This document shows positions 24,938-37,441 of a stretch of 64,000 nt of DNA, one piece after another. A model generated the notes under the pieces. That model did not search any database. It had not been told where the DNA came from and saw only the letters and a list, made by a program, of their open reading frames with translations. The translations under genes were made by a program, and so were the position numbers. Source of the stretch: Octopus vulgaris (lineage: Eukaryota); the NCBI GenBank assembly GCA_951406725.2, contig OX597826.1, forward strand, positions 21,638,001-21,702,000, given 5' to 3'. Positions within the stretch are counted from its first letter, which is position 1; the number at the start of each line of letters is the position of its first letter.

Positions 24938-26518
24938 CTAGCATTATGACCTGTCATTACCGGGTCACAGTGCTAGTGCATGTATATATGTGTATATATA
25001 TCTGTACATATTACATGTACATCTATATATATACATCTACACATAAAATACAAAATACAAAGTTATATCTTACTATCGCTAGTGATAACAATACTCAAAA
25101 TATATAACAGAATTGTAGGCCCGTCTCTTGCAATTTCAATCAATTGTATCTTGTCCTCCCTCTTGTATAGAAGTGTGGCTATAATCCAGCCTACCTCTAC
25201 TTCTGGGGGAACATTTTTAATTTTTATCCGGGACGTCCTACGTCCCAGATATAAAGGTAAAAATAAAATATTTCCACTTTGCAAGGTTCGAGTTGAGTAC
25301 TCCCTTGCACACTCCATTGACTCGAACCTTGCTTCTATTGTGGTAAATTTACCGCCTCTGGTTAGATACTTGATATCTTTCATAGCCGCACCAAGGCTCT
25401 TTTCGATGGTGCTTTCCTCCAGGTGTTCAAATCTTTTTTTTTTTCTCGACATTGTATACTTTATGGACAATAGTCTTTTCTTTAATTTAATTTTTTATTT
25501 CATTTGGTGGTGTTATCCTAGATTCACCGTCTTTGTCGGTGATCAGTCCGAAATAGGTTTGTATTTCTTCCATTTTAATTTCAATGAGTTCATGCCCGCT
25601 GACAGCTGCAGTGAAATTCATTTTTGGACTTTCTTCTATCAAAAGCATTTTAACAAAAATGCTTCTGTATAAACGGTGAAAATATTGTCAATTTCCCCAA
25701 ACAGGGACACAATTCAATTTTTAAACAATAAGCAAAGCTCCTTCTCCCAAAGGGGGAGGGTTACGGTTTACAATTATTTAACAAATGCAACACAACAACG
25801 TTTCCCTTTCGAGGAACCAACAAGCGTGATAACAATAGTTAAACAGTAATAATAATAACAACAAACCTTACAGTGAATCAAAAAGCAGTACGCAGTTGAA
25901 GCTATAGTCCTTTATGTATAAGAAATAAACCAACAGCAGTACTCAGTAGAAGCGGCTGTTCAAGAAAACAGACATTACATACAGCCAAACTTCATATAGA
26001 TACTTAATGCTAGCTAATTAGCAGATAATCTAGTGTAAAAGCCGTGGTAAACAGTATGTGCACACCTCCATCTGGACTATTCCATTTCTGCACACTAATT
26101 TTATTTTCAATTTATTCCCATTCATGTGAAACCACTTATTCAATTTCAAGTCATTGATGCAATTTTATACCAATTGCTATTTTTGCTTTTGTTATGTTAC
26201 GATTATATCATACTTTAGTTTGATTTTAATTATTACTTACCACATATAATTCAATTTTTATTGTTAAAGTGAAAGTATCTGACATAAAATAGAGAAATGT
26301 TTTTGTTTCACTTTTAACACGTAATGCTGAAATAGTGGAGAAGATATGATATTGCTGTGGGCTCGCCCTAGGCAAGAAGTTGAACATTTTTTTGCCCATG
26401 AAACTACATGGACCCTATGTAAGGCATGTGTAAAATTTGAATGAAATTGGTTGTGTAGTTCTCAAGTTTTAGGGAAACACACAGACAGATACACATTCTC
26501 AGTTTATATATATAGAGA
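24938..26518 (-). mobile_element. Non-autonomous Helitron-like element, copy 1, carrying a LINE ORF1-like fragment
   Basis: On - strand: A|TCTCTATATATATAAACTGAGAATG 5' end; 3' tgacc-(11 nt)-ggtca hairpin then taatgCTAG|T; no TSD, inserted between A and T. Confidence 0.8.
25063..25660 (-). pseudogene. Decayed ORF1/gag-like fragment of a non-LTR retrotransposon (Tx1/L1-like) inside Helitron copy 1
   Basis: …RFEHLEESTIEKSLG…GGKFTTIEARFES…LFLPLYLGRRTSRIKIKNVPPEV; broken by stops/frameshift; second copy at ~33590-34170 (+). Confidence 0.5.
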
Positions 26519-27678
26519 TAGCAGAGGATATTTTACATGAGAGCATAATAGTTGTGAGTCCACTGCCTTTAGACATCTATTTGATCTCAAGAGAGGAGCC
26601 TCTAAAAGGTTGCTTGACTTTGAGAAATAGCAACCAAATCTCCCTCAAATCACAACCCTACTCTGATAGGAAAAAAATACATTGGACATCATGGTCCTAG
26701 GTTCTCTTCACATAGAGGCAGGATGGTTATGGATGGAATGCCTTTAATGATAGGTGTTGGTAGTTTAGTAGGCAATACATCTGTCCAAATTTTGAGAACT
26801 ACATTATCTAATGAATCATTCCATTTTTGGAGGTACTGAACTATTGTTTCAGGGGAAATTGCTACTATTTTTAGCAGGTTTAATGACCAGATAGAGGTTC
26901 TTTAGTTGGCCCATCTTAAAGATTGACGAGTGATGGATTAAACCCTAAATGACATTGAGAACCTCCCAGACATTGATTTTTTTTTGCGTATTAAAGGTTC
27001 ATCATCATCTCTATGTTATCATTATTATCATGTTGTTGCTATTATTTTTCTCATCTTTCAGCAAGGAGGACTGGTACTATCCATGACCTTTCTACAGGGC
27101 ACCTGGGGTAGATGGGTGGGAGAGAAGGAGGAACTTAACCTCAAACCAGAGATTTGGCCAAAATGCTTACAACAGAATCGACTCTACTAAAGAATCAAAA
27201 AGTATCCAGCTGTGACCTTTTTTTTCATCTTTTTATCTCAGACTTCTTGGGAACTATCTGCTTTATTCAGCTTGGCATTCTTTTATATAAGACAGTAAAT
27301 TGTAATATGAGGAAGATTTGGCTACTATTTCTAGCAGGTTGTTGGTTTATGATATTATTTGACACTCTGTGTTGGTAGTGTAACAGACAACATATCAGTC
27401 ACAAGACCAGATTCTTATGATATTAAATGGCTGTTTCATTACCTAAATAATGATGGTTCCTTTTCTTGGGTGCATTATTCTAGAGCCAATATTTCTGTTT
27501 CTGAGGAGTTTTATTTTTATTTGTGATTATTGTGTGAATATTTCAATGTTGTGTGGTCTTATATAACTTACATTGTTAATCCCTGAAAACATAACAATTT
27601 ATCATTGGCCTTTAACAAAAATTTGTTTTTCCTTAAGTTATGCTGTTTTAAATGACCCATAATCAGTTATTTGTAAAA

Positions 27679-27791
<113 letters not shown>

Positions 27792-28477
27792 CATTATAAT
27801 ACAAAATTTACTGTTAATTCTTGTATAATTCATCAGTCAAAAGGATAATATTTTATGTGGTAAGATTCTGATATTAATGTCCCATGAGAAGCTGGTGTTA
27901 GTCTATTTCATAAACCATTTCACATTATTTTGATAGCTCACTTCTGCTTTCATCATACAAAAACCTCACATTTTAAAGCAGTCATATCTAAATTAAAAAG
28001 CTTCCATTCATCATAACATTATGCAAGAACTTTTCAATAATTTATGTTCCATGATAAAGAATATTTCCACATTCATGGCTGAGGTGCTGGAAGTTATCCC
28101 CCCCCCCATCACACATTCTCACATTGTACTACAACTGTACTTTCCTCTAAGGTCTTCCCCATCCAGACCTTGAAGTTATCCATTTGTGTTGTACTGAGTT
28201 CAACTAAGCTGATTTCACTAAGTTGTGTTGTTCTGAGTTCAAATTTCACTAAGGTTGACTTTACCTTTCATCCTTTTGGGGTTGATAAATTAAGTACCAG
28301 TTACGCACTGGGGTTGATGTAATAATACCAAAGTCGGCTTTGTGTTGTTCCATTTTTACCTTTGTCATCCATGTGTCCATTTCCCAGCCAATCAGCCTCC
28401 AATCATGTCATTGTGCTTCTGGGTACCAATAACATAACCAAGATATTCCATAACACCATCAATGAAGAAGTTATTTT

Positions 28478-28568
28478 ATTGAATCTCACTTTAAATTGTT
28501 AATTACTTACAAAATTAATTGAATCCCACTTTAAATTGTTAATTACTTACAAAATTAATTGAATCCCA
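28478..28568 (+). repeat. 40-bp tandem duplication (~2.3 copies)
   Basis: attgaatc[t/c]cactttaaattgttaattacttacaaaatta repeated. Confidence 0.9.
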
Positions 28569-28697
28569 TGTACTGAGTCTGTCATAAGAAATATGGTCAC
28601 AGAAGCTTGTGTCCATATAAGGAATTCCAATCTTGATTAAAACATCAATGCTTGAAAAAGGAATTATGATTTAATGAAAATGTTATCTTCATTGCAG

Positions 28698-28839
28698 TGA
28701 TATTGGCGTTTTGGATGAAAATGGGTACTGCAAAATAACTGGCCGAATCAAAGACATGATTATTCGAGGAGGTGAAAATATTTATCCCAGTGAAATTGAA
28801 ACCTTGCTATACAAACATCCGAAGGTGAAGGATGTTCAG
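28698..28839 (+). CDS. ACSF2: ACSF2 exon ([47 protein letters not shown])
   Basis: ttgcag acceptor, gtatgc donor, 142 nt, phase 2/0; [18 protein letters not shown] hinge motif. Confidence 0.97.
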
Positions 28840-28931
28840 GTATGCAACATTTATCCTTATACACATTCCATCTATTTTTGCTTTAAAATCACAGAAATTA
28901 TTCACATTATTCCTCATTCTTCTATGCTGGC

Positions 28932-29180
28932 ACATCATCATCATCATCATCATCATCGTTTAACGTCCGTTTTCCGCGCTAGCACGGGTTGGACGGTTTC
29001 GACCGGGGTCTGGGGAGCTAGGGACTGCCCCAGGCTCCAGTCTAGTCTGGCAGTGTTTCTACAGCTGGATGCCCTTCCTAACGCCAACCACTCCGCGAGT
29101 GTAGTGGGTGTTTTTTACGTGCCACCTGCACAGGTGCCAGAGGGGTCTGGCATCGGCCACGTTCGGATGGTGCTTTTTAT
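28932..29180 (-). mobile_element. SINE/LINE-tail repeat with (CAT)n end
   Basis: catcatcatcgtttaacgtccgttttccgcgctagcacgggttggacgg…ccttcctaacgccaaccactccg; reverse complement of the 11345-11508 family. Confidence 0.8.
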
Positions 29181-29433
29181 GTGGGGAGGGGGGCAGAAAT
29201 ATAGGGGAGCACCAGTGGGGAGGGGTGGTTCATGAAATGATGACAGGTTCTAGGCAAGTAAAACGTAGGATATCAAGAGAGGGGTAATGCATGGTGAAAT
29301 AGCGTATTGAAGAGGGGGGGTTCGAAGAGTAGACACCTATAATGGTGGTGGGAGAAGCGACATCCGGTATAGATGGAGCAAAAATATAGAGATATCCGGT
29401 ATTGGTGGTGGGGGTGGGCAAGGGCGTATGCAC

Positions 29434-29603
29434 CGGGAATATGACGGGCTGGCTTAAAAATGCTCTTAGCAAAGGAAGAGGGGGGGATTGCAGACAGCGT
29501 AAAAGAGGGAGAGAGAGAGAGAAGGCGGAATAGCGGAAATGGGCCGCCATTGAAAAAAAACCCTGTATGGAGAAATAATATGCAATACGAGGCGAAGCTG
29601 AAA

Positions 29604-29634
<31 letters not shown>

Positions 29635-29953
29635 GCAAATTTTTCGACCGAGGATCAAAGGGACAATACTAATACCAATAATAATAGTAATAATAATAAA
29701 TAAATAATAACAGCTCAACCACAACATTAGATTAGAAAGACTCTCTTATCTTGGGAACATTTCGTTCTTCGGCCTGACACGGGAATATGACGGGCTGGCT
29801 TAAAAATGCTCTTAGCAAAGGAAGAGGGGGGATTGCAGACAGCGTAAAAGAGGGAGAGAGAGAGAGAAGGGGAAATAGCGGAACCCCGCGGAAATGGGCC
29901 GCCATTGAAAAAAAACCCCTGTATGGAGAAATAATATGCAATACGAGGCGAAG
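29434..29953 (+). repeat. Direct repeat pair (~165-175 bp: 29434-29597 and 29780-29953)
   Basis: cgggaatatgacgggctggcttaaaaatgctc…aataatatgcaatacgaggcgaag occurs twice, separated by an (AAT)n-rich spacer. Confidence 0.9.
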
Positions 29954-30117
29954 GACGGGCTTCTTTCAGTTTCCGTCTACTAAATCCACTCACAAGGCTT
30001 TGGTCGGCCCGAGGCTATAGTAGAAAACACTTGCCCAAGATGCCACGCAGTGGGACTGAACCCAGAACTATGTGGTTGGTAAGCAAGCTACTTACCATAC
30101 AGCCACTCCTGTGCCTA
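29954..30117 (-). mobile_element. SINE 5' head
   Basis: Reverse complement of the 14120-14280 head. Confidence 0.85.
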
Positions 30118-33100
30118 TGCAGATCCATCGAATATAGGCCAAATATAATTTCAAGATGAAACATAGTGATAATAGTAAAAGTTAATATTTATGCCCGCTT
30201 AAAAGTGTATGTTGTGTCTGACTCTAGTGCTTGATTGGTACATTATTTTATTGATCCCTTAGGGATGAAAGACAAAGTTGACATTGGTGGGATTTGAGTT
30301 CATAATGTAAACAGCTGAAACAAATACCACAAGGCATTATTTCTGATGTTGTAACGATTCTGTCAACTCACCAATATTAATAATAAAGGTTTAAAATTTT
30401 GGCACAAGGTCCACAATTTATTTTGGTTGGGGGGTGGGGTGGGGGGGATATGTTGATTGCATCAACCCCAGTGCTCAACTGGTACTTGTTTTATAGACTC
30501 TGAAAGAATGAAAGGCAAAGTTGACCTCAGTGGAATCTGAACTCAGAATATAAAAGATGAACGAAATGCCATGAAGCATTTTCCCTAGTGTACTAACGAT
30601 TCTACCAGGTCACCACCTTAGATAATAATTTCCACTGCTGATGTCACCCTTTCCACTACTACCAGTGCCCTTTCAGGGTCTACGTTCCATTTCCATGTTG
30701 ACACAGGTTCAAAAGGATCTGATGTATTGTTTAGGCATGGTTTCCATGGTTAGACATCCTTCCCAATGCCATGCATGTTTTTCCACAGATGGTTGGGTTT
30801 TCTGCAGCACTGCATATCACCAATTAATTTGGTGTCCTTTGTTATCTCCTATGTATGACACAACATCTTTGGGTACAAGGCCAGTAGCGGAAGGTGAGGG
30901 GTTAGTTGTCTGAATTACCCTTAGTATTTGACTAGTACTTTTTATTATTTTTTATCAATCCTGGAAAAATTAAAGACGAAGATGACTTCATCACAATTTG
31001 AACTCAGGACATAAGGAACCAGAATAAATACTGCAAGGCATTCTGTGTGATTTTCTACTGAGTTTGATACCACCACATAATAATCCTTTCTACTAAAGGT
31101 AGAAGACCTGAAATTTCGGGGAAGATGGGAAGTTGATGACATTGACCCCAATGCTCAACTGATACTCATTTTATCGATTCCAAAAGGACGAAAGGGGAAA
31201 ATCGACAAAGATAGATAAAATGCCTCAAAGCAGTTTGTCCACTAACAGTTCAGCCAGCTTGCCACAACAATAACAACAATTAGTTTTTACTGTTTTTTTT
31301 AATAAATAGAATGTCAAATAAGTGAAGCAGTTACACAAAGAAAAGAATCCCATGTCAACAGCTAAATTAGAGCACTATAATATTATCTAGGTCAGGAGAG
31401 AGGGAGAGCTGGCAGTGACTTGTGTGAGTAGAGGTTTCATGCCTTTGGAAAAAACAGCTACTTTCAATTGTGTTACCGCCCCAACAGTTACTGGACCTAC
31501 AAGGAGCAGCTGTCAAATCTCCCTCAAATCATATCCTACCATCTTGAAAAAGGCACACATAGGATATCATAGTAACACTAGATTCACTATGTTACTAAAT
31601 GAAACCCAATAAACAAGATAGTCATCAACCGGAGTATCATTGAAAGATAAACCTGCTCTATTATAGCTCCCCTGAAACAAAACGACATATGTAAGAGCGT
31701 GGTTGACTAGTCACATTTGCAAATGAATTACATGAGAACTAGCATAGTTCACTCTATATACTCCATGACTATTTATTTCTTAAGCTCTTGGTCTAGGTTA
31801 TAGTTCAGTCTGACATTGACAGACATGGTTGATTATAATTCTTTATGTCTCTGTTGTGTCAGGTTCACTCTGTGACAACAGGTGATGTGCAGGAGCGGGA
31901 ATTATCCTTATAAACATATCTACCTTGATGTTAATAGAGCACAGTAGGGCTACTGAGATATATCACCACACTAACATTTAAAAAAAAAAAAAAAAAAAAA
32001 AAAATCAATAACTTAAAAAGGAAGAAAAATAATTTTAAAAATCAATGTAGAATATATGGAAAAAAAAACGCTCAGTAAATTATTGCGAATGAACTAACCT
32101 TTATCTCAACTCCAGCTGGTACCACAATAGGTCGGAAAGAATGAATGAGGGCAGATGGAAGGAACACTAGGATGCATCATAGAGGCACCTGCAGCAACAG
32201 CATAGGCTGTACTTCCAGTAGGAGTAGATATAATAATACCATCACCTTGGTTGGACACAAATCCTCCTGCACAGCCTCACCTCTCATTTGGGTCCCTTAT
32301 CAGATTCAGCCTCTCAGATTATTGTTTCATATCCACTTTCAAGCAAGGACCCAGAGAGGATCTGTTGAGGCAGATTTTCTATGGCTGGATGCCCAAGCTG
32401 TCACCAACCCTCAACTGTTTCCAAGCTAGATGGTATTTCCCCGTGGCCAGGCATGTTTTTTCACAGAAGAATGGTAACAACCAACCTCACTTGTGTGAGG
32501 GTGATGCTCATTTACAACCATTATGTGATATTTAGACAAGGGTAAACACACACAGGACAGGCTCCTTTCAATTTCTGTCCCCACAATTTACTCAAGAGGC
32601 TTTGGTTGGTCTGAACTGTAGCAAAAAAACACCCAAAGTACTGCACAAGTGAGACTGAATCCAAGAGCACAGGATTGGGAGGCAAACTTCTTTAACTACC
32701 CAGCCCGATATATTTATATCTCTCTATATATAAAACTGAGAATGTGTGTCTGTCTGTGTGTTTCCCAAAAACTTGAGAACTACACAACCAATTTCATTCA
32801 AATTTTTCACATGCCTTACATAGGGTCCATGTAGTTTCATGAGCAAAAAAATGTTCAACTTCTTGCCTAGGGCGAGCCCACAGCAATATCATATCTTCTC
32901 CACTATTTCAGCATTACGTGTTAAAAGTGAAACAAAAACATTTCTCTATTTTATGTCAGATACTTTCACTTTAACAATAAAAATTGAATTATATGTGGTA
33001 AGTAATAATTAAAATCAAACTAAAGTATGATATAATCGTAACATAACAAAAGTAAAAATAGCAATTGGTATAAAATTGCATCAATAACTTGAAATTGAAT

Positions 33101-34188
33101 AAGTGGTTTCACATGAATGGGAATAAATTAAAAATAAAATTAGTGTGCAGAAATGGAATAGTCCAGATGGAGGTGTGCACATACCGTTTACTACGGCTTT
33201 TACACTAGATTATCTGCTAATTAGCTAGCATTAAGTATCTATATGAAGTTTGCCTGTATGTAATGTCTGTTTTCTTGAACAGCCGCTTCTACTGAGTACT
33301 GCTGTTGGTTTATTTCTTATACATAAAGGACTATAGCTTCAACTGCATCCTGCTTTTTGATTCACTGTAAGGTTTGTTGTTATTATTATTACTGTTTAAC
33401 TATTGTTATCACGTTTGTTGGTTCCTCGAAAGGGAAACGTTATTGTGTTGCATTTGTTAAATAATTGTAAACCGTAACCCTCCCCCTTTGGGAGAAGGAG
33501 CTTTGCTTATTGTTTAAAAATTGAATTGTGTCCCTGTTTGGGGAAATTGACAATATTTTCACCGTTTACACGGAAGCATTTTTGTTAGAATGCCTTCGAT
33601 AGAAGAAAGTCCAAAAATGAATTTCACTGCAGCCGTCGGCGGGCATGAATTCATTAAAATTAAAATGGAAGAAATACAAACCTATTTCGAATTGATCACC
33701 GACAAAGACGGTGAATCTAGGATAACACCACCAAACGAAATATAAAATTAAATTAAAGAAAAGACTATTGTCTATAAAGTATACAATGTCGAGAAAAAAA
33801 AGATTTGAACACCTGGAGGAAAGCACCATCGAAAAGTGTCTTGGTGCGACTATGAAAGATATCTAACCAGAGGCGGTAAATTCACCACTATAGAAACAAG
33901 GTTCAAGTCAACGGAGTGTGCAAGGGAGTACTCGACTCTAACCTTGCAAAGTGGAAATATTTTATTTTTACCTTTATATCTGGGACGTAGGACGTTCCGG
34001 ATAAAAATTTAAAATGTCCCCCCAGAAGTAGAGGTAGGCTGGATTGTAGCCACACTTCTATACAAGAGGGAGGACAAGATACAATTGATCGAAATTGCAA
34101 GAGACGGGCCTACAATTCTGTTATATATTTTGAGTATTGTTATCACTAGTGATAGCAAGATATAACTTTGTATTTTGTATTTTATGTG

Positions 34189-35478
34189 TGAGGGACGTTC
34201 AATAAGTAATGCCTCTGACCCACTTGCAGTTGTTGGATCTAGCTGAAATTTTGCATGTGCTATCATTTATATCTCTATAGAGTAAGTGGCAAATTACAGC
34301 ACTGAATTAATTGTGGTTTCTGATTTACAGGTGTTTGAACCGAGTCAAGTGTGAAATGGAGCCTGTTGAATGTCGAGCAGTGATCCGGTTTTTGTATTTG
34401 AAAGGACGCACACCACGGGAGACTTTTGATGAAATGAAAGTAACTTATGGTGATGATGCCCCATCATATGACCTTGTAAAACACTGGCATCGTGAATTCA
34501 AACATGGTCGGAACTCTGTGGAAACAGCTTCCAGATCTGGTCACCCCTTCTGCCATTGATGAGGCATCTGTCCGTCAATTTGAGGCTGCTATTTTGGAAG
34601 ATCGACGCATAATTATTCGCCAAATAGCCCATGAGGTCAAGATTAGTACCGGGTCTGTGGAAACTATCATTCATGACCATTTGCATATGCAAAAGGTGTC
34701 TGCCAGATGGATTTCCAGGTTGCTCATGCCTTTCCAGAAGCAAGAACGCGTCGAGTGCTCGAGGGTGAATTTGGAGATGTGCCAAGAAGATGAGTCAAAA
34801 TTTTTCAAAAGACTGATTACACAGGATGAAACCTGGGTCCATCACGATGATCCAGAGACCAAAGCCCAGTCAATGCAGTGGAAGCACCGTGACTCACCCC
34901 CTCCAAAGAAGGCAAGGGTGCAGCCCTCCGCTGGCAAGGTCATGCTCACAGTCTTCTGGGACCAGGACGAAGTAGTGATGACAGATTTCCTGGCAAAGGG
35001 TACCACAATTGCAGGAGCCTATTATGCTTCACTTTTGAGGAAATTAAGAGAAGTTATCAAAATCAAGAGGCGGGGCAAGATCAGCAAAGACATCCTCCTC
35101 CTGCAGGACAACGCTCCGGTCCACAACTCGCTTGTCACCAGATCAGAAGCACAGGCGTATGGCTATGAACTCCTCCCCCATCCCCCTACTTTCCTGACCT
35201 TGCACCCTCTGATTTTCACCTCTTCCCAGTCATGAAGTTGTTTTTGAAAGGAAAGCGTTTCCCAGATGATGCAGCCTTGATTTCTGAAGTCACGTTCAGG
35301 TTGGAGGACCAAGCTGGGGTCTTCTACAAAAACGGTCTCCAGAGCTGCATCAAACAATGGGAGAAATGCATAACTCTGGGTGGTTCCTATGTAGAAAAAG
35401 ACTAATAACTGTGCCAAGTTTCGTTGCTCTACTGCTATGGGAAGTGGGTCAGGGGCATTACTTATTGAACGCCCCTCG
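34189..35478 (+). mobile_element. Mariner (DD34D) DNA transposon, ~1.29 kb
   Basis: TIRs (t)gagggacgttcaataagtaatgcctctgacccactt / aagtgggtcaggggcattacttattgaacgcccctcg; TA duplications are degenerate. Confidence 0.93.
34356..35405 (+). pseudogene. Mariner transposase with two frameshifts (~34545 and ~35185)
   Basis: MEPVECRAVIRFLYLKG…; WISRLL (WVPHEL equivalent), ITQDETWVHH, LLQDNAPVH, HPP/Y.PDLAPSDFHLF split across frames. Confidence 0.9.
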
Positions 35479-35581
35479 ATGTACATGTAATATGTACAGA
35501 TATATATACACATATATACATGCACTAGCACTATGACAGGTCATAATGCTAGTTAGTTCAATAAATTTCTGTCTAATCATT

Positions 35582-35889
35582 GTTTTTTTTTTGTTTGTTC
35601 CTTCTCGAGCCATGCCTGGCTCATAAGGGCCAGTTTCCTTGGCATATAGGTTCCCCACCTGGACGGGACACCAGTCCATCGCAGGTGAGCTGCAAGATGC
35701 AGGAGGAAAGAGTGAGAGAAAGTTGTGGTGAAAGAGTCAGCAGATGTTCATCATTACCTTCTGCCAGAGCTGCGTGGAGCTTAGGTGTTTCGCTCATAAA
35801 CACACACATTGCCCGGTCTGAGATTCGAACCCACGATCCCTCGACCGCGAGTCCGCTATTCTAACCACTAGGCCATGTGCCTCCACCCA
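35582..35889 (-). mobile_element. tRNA-derived SINE with 10-bp TSD (tctaatcatt)
   Basis: - strand head tggcctagtggttaga…gggttcgaatc (A/B boxes), A-rich tail; TSD at 35572-35581 and 35890-35899. Confidence 0.88.
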
Positions 35890-36414
35890 TCTAATCATTC
35901 AAATACTCATATGCAGTGATTGCTACCATAACATTTATTTTCTTGAAGAGATGGGTCAGGTATGTCTGCTATACAGCGACATCCAGTATCCTGTCATCTG
36001 ACAACACCTCATTGTCACCCTGTCATCAGTTACCCTCCACCAAAATTATACACTGAAGATCGATGGCTCAGTCATTTGGTCATTCACAGAGTTGTTTACT
36101 ATCAAATCAGCCATGATTGAGAAGACTTACCATCAAAGATGCTCCAAAAATGACCATCACTTTTATTCAGAGTATACATAGTGTAATGTTTGACATTATT
36201 GTGTCCTTCCTCCGTTAAGACAACAGGAGGTATTGAGGAAAACTTTTAGTGGGTAGAGTCACCAATTTGAGGGTTGACCATTAAATCAGACTTCAAAAAA
36301 GCTTTCAGTAGAATTTCCAGACATATTTTATGAGCAACACTAAGGGAGTCTGCAGAAAATAGTTGAAGTACTCAGAGGAAGTGGTACAGTTTATTAAGCA
36401 TTCTCTTTTTATAG

Positions 36415-36525
36415 GTTGTTGGGTTACCAGATCCACGAATGGGAGAAGAGGTGTGTGCCAGTATTCAATTGAAGGAAGGTGTAGAATGCAGTGAAGATGA
36501 GATTAAAGATTATTGTGTTGAACAT
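36415..36525 (+). CDS. ACSF2: ACSF2 exon (VVGLPDPRMGEEVCASIQLKEGVECSEDEIKDYCVEH)
   Basis: ttatag acceptor, gtaagt donor; VVG.PD.RMGEEVCA motif of the AMP-binding C-terminal domain. Confidence 0.96.
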
Positions 36526-37156
36526 GTAAGTAAATGATTGATAGAACAAAATTACTGAACAATTCATATTGTAGTGTTGCAAACTTGGCAGATTTGCTGC
36601 TGTCCTGTGGTGAACCACCTGGTGGTCATTTAATCCATGTGAGTTCAATGTGGAGACTTGATTAAGCAGTTGAATAAATCTTTCAGAGGAAGAAAAAAGA
36701 CCTCTTGTGACATGGATGAATACTTTTTGATAGAGTTTAACAGAACTGGAAAGTTCTAATAGCTTTGGCACAGGAAGAAGGGTAGAACTCCTTTTTTAAG
36801 ATCTCCAATATTGATGGAATGACAGAAGGAACTCACAAATGGATCAAATACTTTCAGCAGAATACACTCTGCTAATAAAACATGTCTTTTAGCAGCAGAC
36901 CCTGTAACAGAAAAAAAAGGGTTTTTTTCTTTTACATCAGTTGTAGGCCTGTGTGGATGCATGGCAGAGGCATGGGTGCATGGATAAGACAGAGGTGTGG
37001 GTGCATGGATAAGATGGAAGTGTGGATAAGTTCATTTGTTTTACCTACATAATTTCAGGTTCAGTCCCATGCTAAAGCACTTGGGAGTAATTATCTTCTT
37101 CCACCTTGAATCCATTAATGCCTATCAAGTGAAAATTCTCCATAGGTGCAGGAGTG

Positions 37157-37441
37157 TTTGTTCCTTCTCGAGCCATGCCTGGCTCATAAGGGCCGGTTTC
37201 TTGGCATATAGGTTCCCCACCTGGACGGGACGCCGGTGAGCTGCAAGATGCAGAGGAAAGAGTGAGAGAAAGTTGTGGCGAAAGAATCAGAAGTTTCGCC
37301 ATTACCTTCTGCCGGAGCTGCGAGCTGCACGGAGCTTAGGTGTTTCACTCATAAACACACACATCGCCTGGTCTGAGATTCGAACCCACGATCCCTCGAC
37401 CATGAGTCCGCTGCTCTAACCACTAGGCCATGTGCCTCCAC
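37157..37441 (-). mobile_element. Same tRNA-derived SINE family, 13-bp TSD (aggtgcaggagtg), inserted at the head of another SINE
   Basis: Near-identical to 35582-35889; TSD at 37144-37156 and 37442-37454. Confidence 0.9.

Larger units (their letters stand above)
32719..35552 (+). mobile_element. Non-autonomous Helitron-like element, copy 2 (inverted relative to copy 1), interrupted by a mariner
   Basis: A|TCTCTCTATATATAAAACTGAGAATG start; reverse-complement match to copy 1 over 32719-34188; match resumes at 35479 and ends gacaggtcataatgCTAG|T at 35552. Confidence 0.8.

Noticed and set aside
24980-25672. 230-aa + strand ORF
   Set aside because: Antisense shadow of the captured ORF1-like fragment; starts in a microsatellite and is not maintained in the second copy.
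28840-29235. Extension of ORF 28711-29235 with a poly-His tract
   Set aside because: Read-through into the intron beyond the gtatgc donor; the poly-His is a (CAT)n repeat tail.
35780-35885. tRNA gene
   Set aside because: A/B boxes are present, but it is the head of a SINE with body, A-rich tail and TSD.
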